Positions 52,156-64,000 of a DNA stretch of 64,000 nt are shown one piece after another (the stretch's first letter is position 1; every line of letters starts with the position of its first letter). Location of the stretch: positions 414,222,001-414,286,000 of the forward strand of contig OZ024741.1 of the NCBI GenBank assembly GCA_964016885.1, given 5' to 3'. Made by a program: the position numbers and the translations under genes. The stretch comes from Eledone cirrhosa (Eukaryota). The notes below the pieces were generated by a model, which did no database searches, had not been told where the DNA came from, and saw only the letters and a list, made by a program, of their open reading frames with translations.

Positions 52156-53555
52156 TCAGGCTATAACAGTGGAGTTCAAGACCGGCTGCCCATGGGAACT
52201 CCTATACGCAGACGACCTGACACTCATAGCGGAATCAATGGCCGAGCTAGAGAAGAAATTCCAAACATGGAAGCACGGCCTAGAATCAAAAGGCCTTAAA
52301 ATTAACCTGGCTAAGACTAAAGTTCTAGTTTGTAGGAAAGAAAATAAGGCGCCGGTCCCTTCCGGGAAATGGCCATGCTCAGTGTGTAGGAAAGGCGTAG
52401 GTTGAAACTCCATTTTATGTCCCAAATGCAAAGTATGGGTGGATAAAAGATGTAGTGGGATCATAGGTCAGCTAACTAAGAACATAGATTTTACATGTGG
52501 CCGGTGTTCTGGGGCAATAAGTAGCAGCAAGTGCCCACAAAATACTAGCTCCTTCAACTGCGCAGAGGGTTCTATAGAAATAGTGGACAGCTTCCGTTAC
52601 CTGGGTGACAAAATCAGCAGTGGGGGAGGGTGCTCTGAAAGTACAGTAGCTACAGTCAGAACTGGATGGAAAAAGTTCAGAGAGCTTATACCACTATTAG
52701 CCGCTAAAGGGTTCTCCCTAAAAATGAAAGGCAGGCTGTATGATGCCTGCATACGAACAGCAATGTTGCATGGCAGTGAGACCTGGGCATTGTGTGCAGA
52801 GGATATACGCAGACTAGAGAGGAACAAAGCTTGCATGCTCCGCTGGATGTGTAATAGTAATATACGCGAACGGCAAAGCATAAACGAACTAAGGGAAAAA
52901 TTAGAAATAAGAGGGATCAGGTGTTGTTTAGTCGAGAGAAGGCTATGTTGGTATGGTCACGTGATGCGCATGAAAGACGACAGCTGTATAGCAAAGTGCA
53001 GGGCAATAAAGATAGACGGTAGCCACGGAGTAGACAGACCCAGAAAAACCTGGGACGACCTGATAAATTCTGACCTCACACACTTACACCTCTCCAAGAC
53101 AATGTCACTGGACCGAGATCTTTGGCGGTACTCAGTAATAGAGAAGACCCGCCTTACCTGAATACAAAGTAAAACCTACTACAGTCAGTAGGCATCTCTA
53201 ACAAAACACACCCCCGTCCCACCACCTCCACCCCATCCACACCGCCCCTTTCAATGTAAAGTTATGTTGGTGCCACAACATCCAGGCCGAAACAAATGAG
53301 ATCGTGTAGGTGTCACGACAAAAAACACACAGTCCACGCTGTAATGTGGCCGTGTAGGCAACACGGTAAACACCTCCCAGACCCACACTGTAAATGTGGT
53401 TGGTGTTAGGAAGGGCATCCAGCTGTAGAAAACCTGCCAGACAGTCCTATGCGAGCAAGACAATCACTCTTGCCTCAAGTGGGAATACCCCCGTCCAAAC
53501 CCATGCAAGCGTGGAACATGGACGTTAAACGATGATGATGATGATGATGATGATG
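52156..53555 (+). mobile_element. 5'-truncated RTE (family B) with an approximately 360-bp 3' UTR
   Basis: [10 protein letters not shown], a Cys-rich insert, AMLHGSETW; premature TGA at 52403-52405; (GAT)n tail. Confidence 0.92.
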
Positions 53556-53629
53556 ATATATAAGTTTATCCCAGGTTCAATCAAGGGAGAGCACAGTAAG
53601 TAAAGTAGTTAATATAAAGCAGAGTATAA

Positions 53630-53725
53630 ATATTTAATATAGAGAGGCTTCTACAGGAGTAGAACTGTTTCATTCGGGACAAATCATCAGTTCTAGTCCT
53701 GTAGAAGCCTCTCTATATTAAATAT
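53630..53725. repeat. Inverted repeat (about 38-bp arms) enclosing a broken minus-strand hammerhead core
   Basis: Arms 53630-53667 and 53688-53725 with one mismatch; the minus strand reads CTGATGA-tttgtcccgaat-GAAA across the loop. Confidence 0.8.
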
Positions 53726-54339
53726 ATATATATATATATATAATTAAGTGTACACACACTTCCGGGTAGTATTTCGATGTCGATTCTAAAGAACATCAGA
53801 CTACGATTCTCTAACTGGATTGTCAAACGCCCAACATCGAATCGTCGTGGATTATGTGAGGGGCATATAATCTGAAAAATACGCTCCCCAGACTATGAAA
53901 ATGTCGCAGTGCATGAAATCCATATCATCACTTCGCTACGCATTTCTAATATTTTTAATGCTTACACTATTTTTAATACTTATATTATTTCTCCACACAG
54001 AGACTATAACAATCATATAAAGAATTCATCACCAAATCAACCACCTTAACACTCTCGATTACCTGCTTAAGTGCTTCTATTACACGTAACTCTCTGCCAC
54101 ACTATATAAACAAGATGCACGTGCTTGCCACACATATAACCTTTGCACTATATAACCGCTTAATTTCATGTTGTATTTTAACCTGTATTTTGATTGTATC
54201 TTTTAATATGAATGTAATCTCTAAATGTGAACTGCCACACTAAATGCTATAATGAATGTTGACCCACAATATCTGCATATGTATCTGTATGTCTCTTGGG
54301 TGAAAAGGAGGTCATATAAGTGTTCATTCAATAATAAAT

Positions 54340-54386
54340 TGCTCCGAAGTATCCAAACCTCGGTTTGGAGGAAACAGTTGTAAGCA
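54340..54386 (+). ncRNA. Degenerate minimal hammerhead motif
   Basis: UGCU-CCGAAGU-A-UCCAAAC(CUCG)GUUUGGA-G-GAAA-CAGUUG-UA-AGCA; stems are intact but the core has two substitutions relative to CUGANGA. Confidence 0.5.
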
Positions 54387-54590
54387 TAAAAATGTTTTGA
54401 ACAGTTCTTTGATTCTTATAATTCATATAACTGCTCTGTAAATCATCTGATGTTATTACATTGAGCTACTTAACTTACTGGTAATAAGGTAGTAATATAT
54501 TACTGCCTACCACTATTTAGGGTTTATAAAAATATATATAACTGCAAAAGGTTTTTGTATTTGCAAAACCATAGATAGTATAATTAATAC

Positions 54591-54635
54591 TATATACACA
54601 CATATATATATATATATACACATATATATATATAT

Positions 54636-54671
<36 letters not shown>

Positions 54672-54687
54672 ACACATATATATATAT

Positions 54688-54736
<49 letters not shown>

Positions 54737-54755
54737 TATATATATATATATATAT

Positions 54756-54796
<41 letters not shown>

Positions 54797-54965
54797 TATA
54801 TATATATATACACACATATATATATACACACATATATATATATATATATATACACACACATATATATATATACACACACATATATATATATATACACACA
54901 TATATATAGATATGTGTATATATATATATATACACATATATATATATACACATATCTATATATAT
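54591..54965. repeat. (TA)n/(CA)n compound microsatellite; similar tracts at 58357-58535, 58790-59263, 60307-60409 and 61011-61195
   Basis: Read directly from the sequence. Confidence 0.98.
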
Positions 54966-55069
54966 ATGGTATGTGAGTGGCGTGTGTGTGGTTGGGGTTT
55001 GTATGCATGAGTGTTGGTGTGTGAGTGTTTGTGTGTGCGTCGTGTCAATAATTTTTTTTTTTTTTTTTT

Positions 55070-58000
55070 ATGACCATGCTGTAAAATGGAGGGGTAGAGA
55101 GGGCCCTTGAGTCTAGTAAGACATCCTCTCTAGTGCTGGTGGCACAAATAAAAGCACCCAGTCCATGCTGTAAAGTGGCGCTGGTGTTAGGAAGGGCATC
55201 CAACCAGTGTATCAATCAATGCCAAAAAGCTTATCAGCACAGCAACAAAACAGCATAGGAACAACAACAAAATATGAAGACGTCGCATCTCAGAGTTGCA
55301 ACACTTAATGTTGGCACTCTCAGAGGTAGATCTGCTGAAATAGCGGAGATGCTGGAGAGAAGGCAGGTGGATGTGTGCTGCGTGCAAGAGGTGAGATGGA
55401 GAGGTGCCTCTGCGAGACTAGTCGTAGGCAAGCGTCTTAGCTATAAGCTATTCTGGGTAGGTAAGGATGATGGGCTAGGGGGAGTAGGCATTTTCCTGGC
55501 TGAGAAATGGATCAATAAGACAATAGAGGTAGTTCGAGTTAGTAATCGAATAATTAAGCTTAGATTAGTTGTAGGTAGGAGACTACTGACAATCATCTCG
55601 GCCTATGCTCCCCAAGCAGGCCTAGGCAAAGATGAGAAAGACTGCTTTTATGAGCAACTTTTGCAAACAACCGCAATGACAGAGGACGGAGACATTGTTA
55701 TGCTAGCAGGAGACTTCAATGGTCATGTTGGACAGCTCCAGGATGGTTACACTGGGGTACATGGTGGGCATGGTTACGGTTCAAGAAATGAAGGTGTGAG
55801 ACTTCTTGAATTTTGTGATGCGGGTACATTGACTATTTGCAACACAAACATCCAGAAACCTGCCAATCACCTAATAACCTACAAATCTGGTGAGCACATA
55901 AGCCAGATTGACTTCCTGATAGTTAGGCAGCGGGACAGGCAGATAGTGTCTAATACCAAGGCATACCCTGGGGAAGAATGTACCCCACAGCATAGGTTAG
56001 TTGTTAGTGATATCTCAGTAAGCAAGAGATGGAATGAGACATATAGGAAGGTGTGGAGAAGAAAGGTCTGGAAGCTAAAGGACCTTTCACTAAAATACAA
56101 ATTTAGGAAAGCCCTTCAAGATGTATATGACGAAAAAGAAGACGATTTAGAGACGTATGACATAGATAATAACTGGAATTTCTTACGTGACAACTTGCTG
56201 CAGGCTACTGATGAAACCTGTGGCTGGAGCAGAGCTCCAACCAGACAGAGAGTGACCTGGTGGTGGAACAGCACAGTAGATAAGGCTATTAGAGACAAAA
56301 GACTAGCATGGAAGGCTTGGAAAAAGGGTGGGAGTAGGGAAGAATATACAGCCACTAAGAGAGAAGCTAGCAGTCAGGTGTTCTTAGCACGCAGGGAGGC
56401 AGAGAGTAGGAGGTTTGCCAATGTTCTGCGACGGGAAGATCAGAGGCGTGCGGTGTTCCACATTGCAAGGCAGTGTGTCAATGCAAATCAGGATGTTGTT
56501 GGAGATAAATGTGTCCGGGATGATGCCGGTGTACTTAGTGTCACGAATGATCAGAAAAAGGAGGCCTGGAAATGTCATTATGAGAAACTGATGAATGTGG
56601 AGAACGAATGGGAGAGAGAGAAATTACCCTTGGTGGATCCGACAGAGGGACCAGCTATTGAGATTGACGAATATAGGGTCCAAGAGGCGATTAGGGAAAT
56701 GAAAAATGGTAAGGCTGCCGGAACATCGGGAATAGTTGCTGAGATGCTGAAGGCATCAGGGGACGTAGGCACTAAACTGGTTGCACGCATCATCAATCGG
56801 GCTATATATGGTGGTGTCATACCCAAAGACTGGTGCAGCAGTATTCTCATAAATTGCTACAAAGGTAAAGGGGATGCTTTGGAGAGGAGCAATTATAGGG
56901 GTATAAAACTGATAGATCAGGTTATGAAAGTGGCAGAAAGGATATTAACACAACTAATTAGAGAAAGGGTCAAACTAGATGAGATGCAGTTTGGTTTTGT
57001 GCCTGGGAAGAGTACAACAGATGCCCTCTTCTTGGTGAGACAATTGCAAGAGAGGTTCTTAGAGAAGAATAAGCCACTATACTTAGCCTTTGTTGACCTA
57101 GAGAAGGCCTTTGATAGGGTACCCCGATCTGTCATCTGGTGGTCCCTAAGGAAGCTAGGTGTTGAGGAATGGCTTGTGAGGACAGTGCAAACTTTGTACA
57201 GAGGTACTCTCAGTAAAGTCAGGGTAGGAATGGAGTTTAGTGAGGAATTCCAGATACAAGTAGGAGTACATCAGGGTTCGGTCCTCAGCCCGCTCTTGTT
57301 CATTATAGTCCTCCAAGCCATAACAGAGGAGTTTAAGACTGGCTGTCCATGGGAACTTCTCTACGCTGATGATCTGGTTCTTATAGCAGAATCAGTAGAG
57401 GAGCTAGAGAATAGATTCTGGCTATGGAAACAGCAGTTGGAAGCAAGAGGACTGAGAGTGAATCTAGCTAAGACAAAAGTGTTGATGAGTAGAAAAGAGG
57501 ACAAAACCCTGATTCCGTCAGGGAAATGGCCATGTTCGATATGCAGAAAAGGAACTGGCATAAATTCTATAAAATGCACACAATGCAGATCCTGGGTACA
57601 CAAGAGATGTAGCGGGATAGCAGGCAAACTAACAGGTAGGGAGAAATATGTATGCAGTAGATGTACAGGGAAATTAGACAGTAGAAGTCGCACTGATAGA
57701 CACATTTTCCAAATGCAAGAGGGTGCTATAGAAATGGTGGATAGCTTCCGGTACCTAGGAGATCAGATTAGCATGGGAGGAGGGTGTTCCGAGGCCATAG
57801 TATCTAGAATAAGGACGGGTTGGAAGAAGTTTAGGGAGCTGCTTCCTCTGTTGATGAAGAAGGGTTTCTCCCTGCGTACGAAAGGCTGGTTGTATGATGC
57901 TTGTGTGAGGAGCGCGATGCTGCATGGTAGTGAGACATGGGCAGCAACTGCAGAGGATATGCGACAGCTGGAGAGAAATGAGGCAAGCATGCTCCGTTGG

Positions 58001-58356
58001 ATGTGCAGTGTAAATGTGTGTGAACGACCCAGCATAAATGTGTTGAGAGAGAAACTGTGTCTGAGAGGCATAGAATGTAGTGTACGGGAGAGGAGGCTGA
58101 GGTGGTATGGACATGTGATGCACATAGAGGATGACCGATGGGTGAAGAAGTGCCAGGAATTGCCAGTTGAAGGAAGACGTGGTAGAGGTAGACCACGAAA
58201 AACATGGGCGGAGGTGGTGAGAACAGACCTCAGATCATTGAAGCTCACGGTGGAGATGACGAGGGACCGTGACGAGTGGAGAGATGCTGTGCTGAATAAG
58301 ACCCGTCCCACCCTTGCAAGCAGGGAAAAGCGGACGTAAAATGATGATGATGATGA
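55070..58356 (+). mobile_element. Apparently full-length RTE-clade LINE (family A)
   Basis: About 200-bp 5' UTR after a T run, a single intact ORF, and a (TGA)n tail directly after the stop codon. Confidence 0.95.
55274..58339 (+). CDS. RTE ORF: APE endonuclease, reverse transcriptase and PHD-like Cys/His finger (1021 aa)
   Basis: [55 protein letters not shown]...CTQC..WVH.RC...CSRC; no internal stop. Confidence 0.95.
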   Translation: MKTSHLRVATLNVGTLRGRSAEIAEMLERRQVDVCCVQEVRWRGASARLVVGKRLSYKLFWVGKDDGLGGVGIFLAEKWINKTIEVVRVSNRIIKLRLVVGRRLLTIISAYAPQAGLGKDEKDCFYEQLLQTTAMTEDGDIVMLAGDFNGHVGQLQDGYTGVHGGHGYGSRNEGVRLLEFCDAGTLTICNTNIQKPANHLITYKSGEHISQIDFLIVRQRDRQIVSNTKAYPGEECTPQHRLVVSDISVSKRWNETYRKVWRRKVWKLKDLSLKYKFRKALQDVYDEKEDDLETYDIDNNWNFLRDNLLQATDETCGWSRAPTRQRVTWWWNSTVDKAIRDKRLAWKAWKKGGSREEYTATKREASSQVFLARREAESRRFANVLRREDQRRAVFHIARQCVNANQDVVGDKCVRDDAGVLSVTNDQKKEAWKCHYEKLMNVENEWEREKLPLVDPTEGPAIEIDEYRVQEAIREMKNGKAAGTSGIVAEMLKASGDVGTKLVARIINRAIYGGVIPKDWCSSILINCYKGKGDALERSNYRGIKLIDQVMKVAERILTQLIRERVKLDEMQFGFVPGKSTTDALFLVRQLQERFLEKNKPLYLAFVDLEKAFDRVPRSVIWWSLRKLGVEEWLVRTVQTLYRGTLSKVRVGMEFSEEFQIQVGVHQGSVLSPLLFIIVLQAITEEFKTGCPWELLYADDLVLIAESVEELENRFWLWKQQLEARGLRVNLAKTKVLMSRKEDKTLIPSGKWPCSICRKGTGINSIKCTQCRSWVHKRCSGIAGKLTGREKYVCSRCTGKLDSRSRTDRHIFQMQEGAIEMVDSFRYLGDQISMGGGCSEAIVSRIRTGWKKFRELLPLLMKKGFSLRTKGWLYDACVRSAMLHGSETWAATAEDMRQLERNEASMLRWMCSVNVCERPSINVLREKLCLRGIECSVRERRLRWYGHVMHIEDDRWVKKCQELPVEGRRGRGRPRKTWAEVVRTDLRSLKLTVEMTRDRDEWRDAVLNKTRPTLASREKRT

Positions 58357-58407
58357 TACACACATATCTATATATATATATATACACACATATATATATA
58401 TATATAT

Positions 58408-58460
<53 letters not shown>

Positions 58461-58465
58461 TATAT

Positions 58466-58518
<53 letters not shown>

Positions 58519-58665
58519 TATATATATATATACACGTTTATATATCGTTTTCGGAGCGCCTGGCCGACTGAACTCACTCGATATGCAAATTAGGCTGCTC
58601 AGCCGTTATTTTTCATAAGGAAAGTATATACTTTCGGACGTTCAACCATCAGGCAGAAAGGTATA

Positions 58666-58706
58666 CGGTGCTGACGATAGCTAACAAGCTTGAAACTAGT
58701 ACATCG
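58666..58706 (+). ncRNA. Minimal type I hammerhead ribozyme motif
   Basis: CGGUG-CUGACGA-U-AGCU(AACA)AGCU-U-GAAA-CUAG-UA-CAUCG; 5-bp stem I, palindromic ACUAGU in place of stem III, GUA cleavage triplet, U-U at the base of stem II. Confidence 0.72.
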
Positions 58707-58841
58707 TTCCTGTGTCAGTGCTGAACAAAAAGGTGACGTGGTTGCCTAAACACTGTACGGCGTAAATCAGGCTGATGATGATGATGATGATACACACATA
58801 TATATATATATATATATACACATATATATATATATATATAT

Positions 58842-58958
<117 letters not shown>

Positions 58959-58975
58959 CACATATATATATATAT

Positions 58976-59062
<87 letters not shown>

Positions 59063-59073
59063 TATATATATAT

Positions 59074-59156
<83 letters not shown>

Positions 59157-59177
59157 CACACATATATATATATATAT

Positions 59178-59218
<41 letters not shown>

Positions 59219-59263
59219 TATATATATATATACACACATACATATATATATATATACACACAT

Positions 59264-60310
59264 ATCATCATCATCATCATCATCATCAACGTTTAACGTC
59301 CGTGTTCCACGCTTGCATGGGTTTGGACGGGGGTAGTCCCACTTGAGGCAAGAGTGATTGTCTTGCTCGCATAGGACTGTCTGGCAGGTTTTCTACAGTT
59401 GGATGCCCTTCCTAACACCAACCACATTTACAGTGTGGGTCTGGGAGGTTTTTACCGTGTTGCCTACACGGCCACATTACAGCGTGGACTGTGTGTTTTT
59501 TTGTCGTGACACCTACACGATCTCATTTGTTTCGGCCTGGATGGCGCGGCACCAACATAACTTTACATAGGACAGGTGGTGTGGATGGGTGGGGGAGGTG
59601 GCGGGACGGGGTGTATTTTGTTAGAGATGCCTACTGGCAAGGCGGGTCTTCTCTGTTACTGAGTACCGCCAAAGGTCTCGGTCCAGTGACATTGTCTTGG
59701 AGAGGTGTAAGAGTGTGAGGTCGGAGTTTATCAGCTCGTCCCAGGTTTTTCTAGGTCTGCCTATTCCGTGGCTACCGTCTATCTTTATTGCCCTGCACTT
59801 TGTTATACAGCTATCGACTTTCATGCGCATCACGTGTCCATACCAACGTAGCCTTCTCTCGAGTAAACAACATCTGATCCCTCTTATCTCTAATTTTTTC
59901 CTTAGTTCGTTTATGCTTTGCCGTTCACGTATATTACTGTTACACATCCAGCGGAGCATGCAAGCTTCGTTCCTCTCTAGTCTGCGTATATCCTCTGCAC
60001 ACAATGCCCAGGTCTCACTGCCATGCAGCATTGCTGTTCGTATGCAGGCATCGTACAACCTGCCTTTCATTTTTAGTGAGAACCCTTTAGCAGCTAATAG
60101 TGGTATAAGCTCTCTGAACTTTTTCCAACCAGTTCTGACTCTAGCTACAGTACTTTCAGAGCACCCTCCCCCACTGCTGATTTTATCGCCCAGGTAACGG
60201 AAGCTGTCCACTATTTCTATAGAACCCTCTGCGCAATTGAAAGAGCTAGTATTTTGTGGGCACTTGCTGCTACTTATTGCACCAGAGCACCGGCCACATG
60301 TAAAATCTAT
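59264..60310 (-). mobile_element. 5'-truncated RTE (family B), inverted relative to the 52156 copy
   Basis: DFTCGRCSGAISSSKCPQ...[14 protein letters not shown]; the UTR is nearly identical to 53180-53530. Confidence 0.93.
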
Positions 60311-60324
60311 ATATATATATATAT

Positions 60325-60375
<51 letters not shown>

Positions 60376-60409
60376 TATATATATATATATACATACATAT
60401 ATATATACA

Positions 60410-61010
60410 TGGTGGCTGCCAACTCGTCTTCGAGCACAGCCACTACTTTATATCCATGTAGGAGAACCCCTACCGATGCGCTGAACGAGTGTGACTTTTT
60501 AGTCCAGCCAGCGACTTGAAAACTCTGGTGCAAACACTACACTTGTGACAATCATTGACACATAGTGCTGGGCCCATGGTACCATGTGACGACAAGTGCA
60601 GAGAGATCTCCAGATATAAAGCAATGCCTGTGCCGTGAAGCTTTTATAGTGAGCAAAGGCACTGCACAAAGCCAGTCCCACTCGCTTAACCAAGATGATA
60701 TTTACCAAAAAGAAGAACAAGTCAACATCATTGGATACCATCAGGGTTGCAGGTGTTATATCAGAGTTTTCCTTCTCCTAGAATTCTGCCTTGACAAAGG
60801 CTAAGGGGTCATCTCTCCCAGTGATTTTGGATGGCCATTGACTCTTAAGAGCTCCTTTGACAGGTTTTGTTTTTAGTCCTGCAGGATGTCCAAAGTCACC
60901 CTCCTCACTAAGAAACCTTGGTGGGGTTGCCAGTTTAGTCGCCAACGACCCGACCATGACACAGGTTGTACTGGGATACATGTTACCAGTAGCACCAAGT
61001 GGTGACCTGA
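60410..61010 (-). mobile_element. About 600-bp non-coding RTE-like element with a candidate 5' HDV-like ribozyme and a 3' stem-loop
   Basis: Bounded by (TA)n on both sides. Contains CTAGGAGAAGGAAAACTCTG (recalled RTE-group 5' UTR motif) and the terminal hairpin GTGGCTG-tg-CTCG-aaga-CGAG-ttgg-CAGCCAC. Confidence 0.55.
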
Positions 61011-61195
61011 CATATATATATATATATATACACACATATATATATATACACACATATATATATATATATACACACATATATATATATATACATATATATA
61101 TACACATATATATATATATACACATATATATATACACATATATATATATATACACACATATATATATATATACACATATATATATATATATACAC

Positions 61196-63202
61196 AGTGA
61201 AGATATTAATATGGAAGGCTATAATATAGTATCCAAACTAGGGCTCCAGAGACATACACAACCTTACACCCCAAACCCCCCTAGATTCTCTCTGAAGGAC
61301 CATAAGGTAGACTTCATTAGCAACCCCTCGATTAGACTAATCTGCCCCTCCAGGTCTGACATTGGCATTATCAGTAAAAAAATTCTAGACAAAATCATCC
61401 CACAGATTAAACACAAGATTTACCTTAAACAATGGGGAAATACGGGTGAAGTGATTGAATAGTTCAAAAATATCATAGATAACAAGGATAAAAAATTTAT
61501 TCAATTTGATATCAACTCTTACTACACCTCTATTTCCCCTATCCTACTAAATAAGGCACTTATAATGGCCATGGACAATAGTGACTTGACTAGACCCCAG
61601 ATTGATGTCATACTTGCGGCCCGTAAAACAATAATCACCTTTGAAGACCAATTATGGACCCGCAAGGATACGCAAAACAACTTCAACATTACTATGGGGT
61701 CTAGTGACTCGGCGCAGGTCACCGATTTAGTTGGCCTATACTTACTTAACCAAATCCACAGGGAACTTCCGTACCTCAGCAGTGGTTTGTATCGCGATGA
61801 TGTACTTCTACTTATAGACTATAAAAAATTCAATATAGAAAGGACTAGAAAACTATTGCACAAAACATTCAAAAACTTTAACCTTAGTATTACCATGGAC
61901 AAAAACACCAAAAACGTCAACTTCCTAGACGCCACACTCTACCTAGACTCAATGATATACGCACCTTTCCACAAACCTAATGAAAAACTCATCTACGTAG
62001 ATACCAAGTCTAACCACCCTAAATCTATATTGAACTCTATCTCTAAGGGAGTATCTAATAGAATCTCTAATCTATCCTATGACATAAACACATTTAACAG
62101 TAACTCTCAGTATTATAATCAGGCATTAGCTAGATCAGGCCATAATACAGGGATAGAGTTCCTACCTACAAAAACACATAGCTACAGTATCATTTCACAC
62201 AACATGTCCATGGGAAAATTTAACAATAGGAATAGCAACTGCACACACACTAATAGGGATTGTAACAACAAAAGTAACCCGCACCACAGAAATGACCATA
62301 GGAACATTAAAGGAAACAAATCACCAGACATAAAAAACAGAAATAGAAGAGGAAATAATACATTTTTCAATCCTCCTTTCAATTTAAACGTCTCTACCAA
62401 CCTACCTAGGGCTTTCTTCTCACTACTAGATAAACACTTCCCATCCGGCCACAGGTACCACGGCCTTTTAAACAAAAACACTATTAAGATCTCTTACTCT
62501 ACTACGCCTAACTTAGCATACCACATAGCTAGTACAAATAAAAGAAAAATTAATTCTTACTTCCAACAAACTAAATCACAACAGTCGATAAACCTTCAAA
62601 ATAACAGTCAAAGTAACATTATAGCAAATAACCGTAATATCAATGGAAATAATAGTAATAGCACTAGTGTAAACATTAACGCCGCGTACCACAACCCACA
62701 TAACCATAACCCTATAGCTAACATCCAAACTTCTACACAGCATAGTAACCGGCAGACTAGCACCCAGAGTAATTGTAACTGTAGATCAAGTAGAACCTGC
62801 CCTTTAGATAAAAAATGCTTAACCAAGGATATCATATACTCATGTACAGTCACAACTAACAATTCTTCTGAAACCTATATAGGCTCTACTTCTAACTGCT
62901 TCAAAACTAGATACAATTCGCACCTCCACTCTTTCAAAAAACACAGTCTAGCCAACTCCACTTCACTATCTAGCTACATACACTATCTAAAAACTAAAAA
63001 TAAAATATATACACTTAAATGGGAGGTGGTAGGTAGTGCAACATCGTACAAACCACCTAATAAATTTTGTAACCTCTGTCTACTAGAGACCCATACTATC
63101 ATCTTCTCTAAACATAATCTCCTTAATAAAAAATCAGAAGTGTTCGCAACTTGCCAACACCGCTTCCGACACTCGTTCCAAAACTTTAAACCCTATATAT
63201 AA
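61196..63202 (+). pseudogene. Penelope-like element, Naiad-type (RT plus C-terminal GIY-YIG endonuclease), 5'-truncated with one nonsense mutation
   Basis: LKDHK.DF.SNP.IRLI.P, FDINSYYTSI, TMGSSDSA...DLVG, YRDD, YVDTKSNHP, CNCR..CPL..CL, IIY...YIG, CNLCLLE, CQH. TAG at 61460-61462 sits in frame (VIE*FKN). Confidence 0.88.
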
Positions 63203-64000
63203 TAATGTCAGACTGGAACCGGCACCACCCCTAGCAATTAACATCAGTAGCTCACCTTACACCTCACATCCACACCCATTTGTATACTCTAAAGATAATA
63301 CTGACAGCATTTTAGTACCACCTACCCTGGGAATACACCCTTGTACCTCTAATTCTGATATCTCGACCGTGGACTACTTAATCTGCATTGCACAAATATA
63401 AGATTAGTATAAACCGGGGACACGGTACTGGTTGCGATAACGTAGTCCTGTGCATGGATTGCCACCAAGAGATAGATTGATGATTAGATAGATAATCGTA
63501 TTGTTATGTGAATATATACTGTAAACGATCAGTTCAATGAATTATGCACAGGTGATGCATGAGTTAGGAGCCTCTGTGTGGCCTGGTGACCTGACCGGCA
63601 TCTCTTTACGAGAGAACCGGCCACTGGACCACCCTGGTGAACTTACCGGCGATGCAGTCATACTACGACCCGAATCTCGCCGGGAGTCATGTATGATAAT
63701 AAGACCATTACTGATAGTGAGACCCATGTAGTTAATTATGTGGTCTGACTCTTCTTATGGATTAGCCGGGGTGGCACCCCACGTTGGATTGTAGTCATCA
63801 TGATACGAACTCCTTTAGTACTTGTTACTGGACTCCACTCTAGCTTGTGGATGGGATACCTGATCTATATGTGGGATGTGAGTTTATGTATTGCTTGGTG
63901 GCCAGACAGGTGCCATGGTATGAGAGATTTAATCTCCAGATTGTAATCATCTTGATGTGAACTCCTTTAGTACCTATTAATAGACTCCACTCTAACTTGT
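63203..64000 (+). other. Probable 3' UTR or pseudo-LTR of the Penelope-like element, with an approximately 60-bp direct repeat
   Basis: GATTGTA.TCATC.TGAT..GAACTCCTTTAGTAC...GACTCCACTCTA.CTTGT occurs at 63787 and 63939 (152 bp apart). Confidence 0.5.

Noticed and set aside
61565-63202. Possible selenocysteine use, reported for some Naiad elements
   Set aside because: No in-frame TGA; the upstream internal stop is TAG and the ORF ends in TAA.

Overview
Repeat-rich animal genomic DNA; the repeat landscape suggests a cephalopod (inference). The window appears to lie inside one host gene on the minus strand: five phase-compatible GT-AG exons (52083-51802, 50904-50619, 46909-46782, 41864-41716, 26826-26669) encode a segment resembling UNC79, a subunit of the NALCN channel complex. 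The introns hold a >20 kb 42-bp satellite, several minisatellites, a Chapaev3-type DNA transposon remnant, a non-autonomous Helitron, a Tx1/L1-clade LINE nested in a fold-back 72-bp array, an intact RTE LINE plus truncated copies and partner SINEs, CR1 and CRE remnants, a Naiad-type Penelope-like element, and several ribozyme-like motifs. Most notable: (1) a satellite of about 70 copies whose monomer contains the 5' splice donor of the adjacent unc79 exon; (2) minimal hammerhead motifs that are complete only antisense to the gene; (3) a non-coding RTE-like element whose 5' end coincides with an HDV-like fold; (4) repeated birth of minisatellites from LINE terminal segments. All family assignments come from motif recognition by eye, not from database searches.
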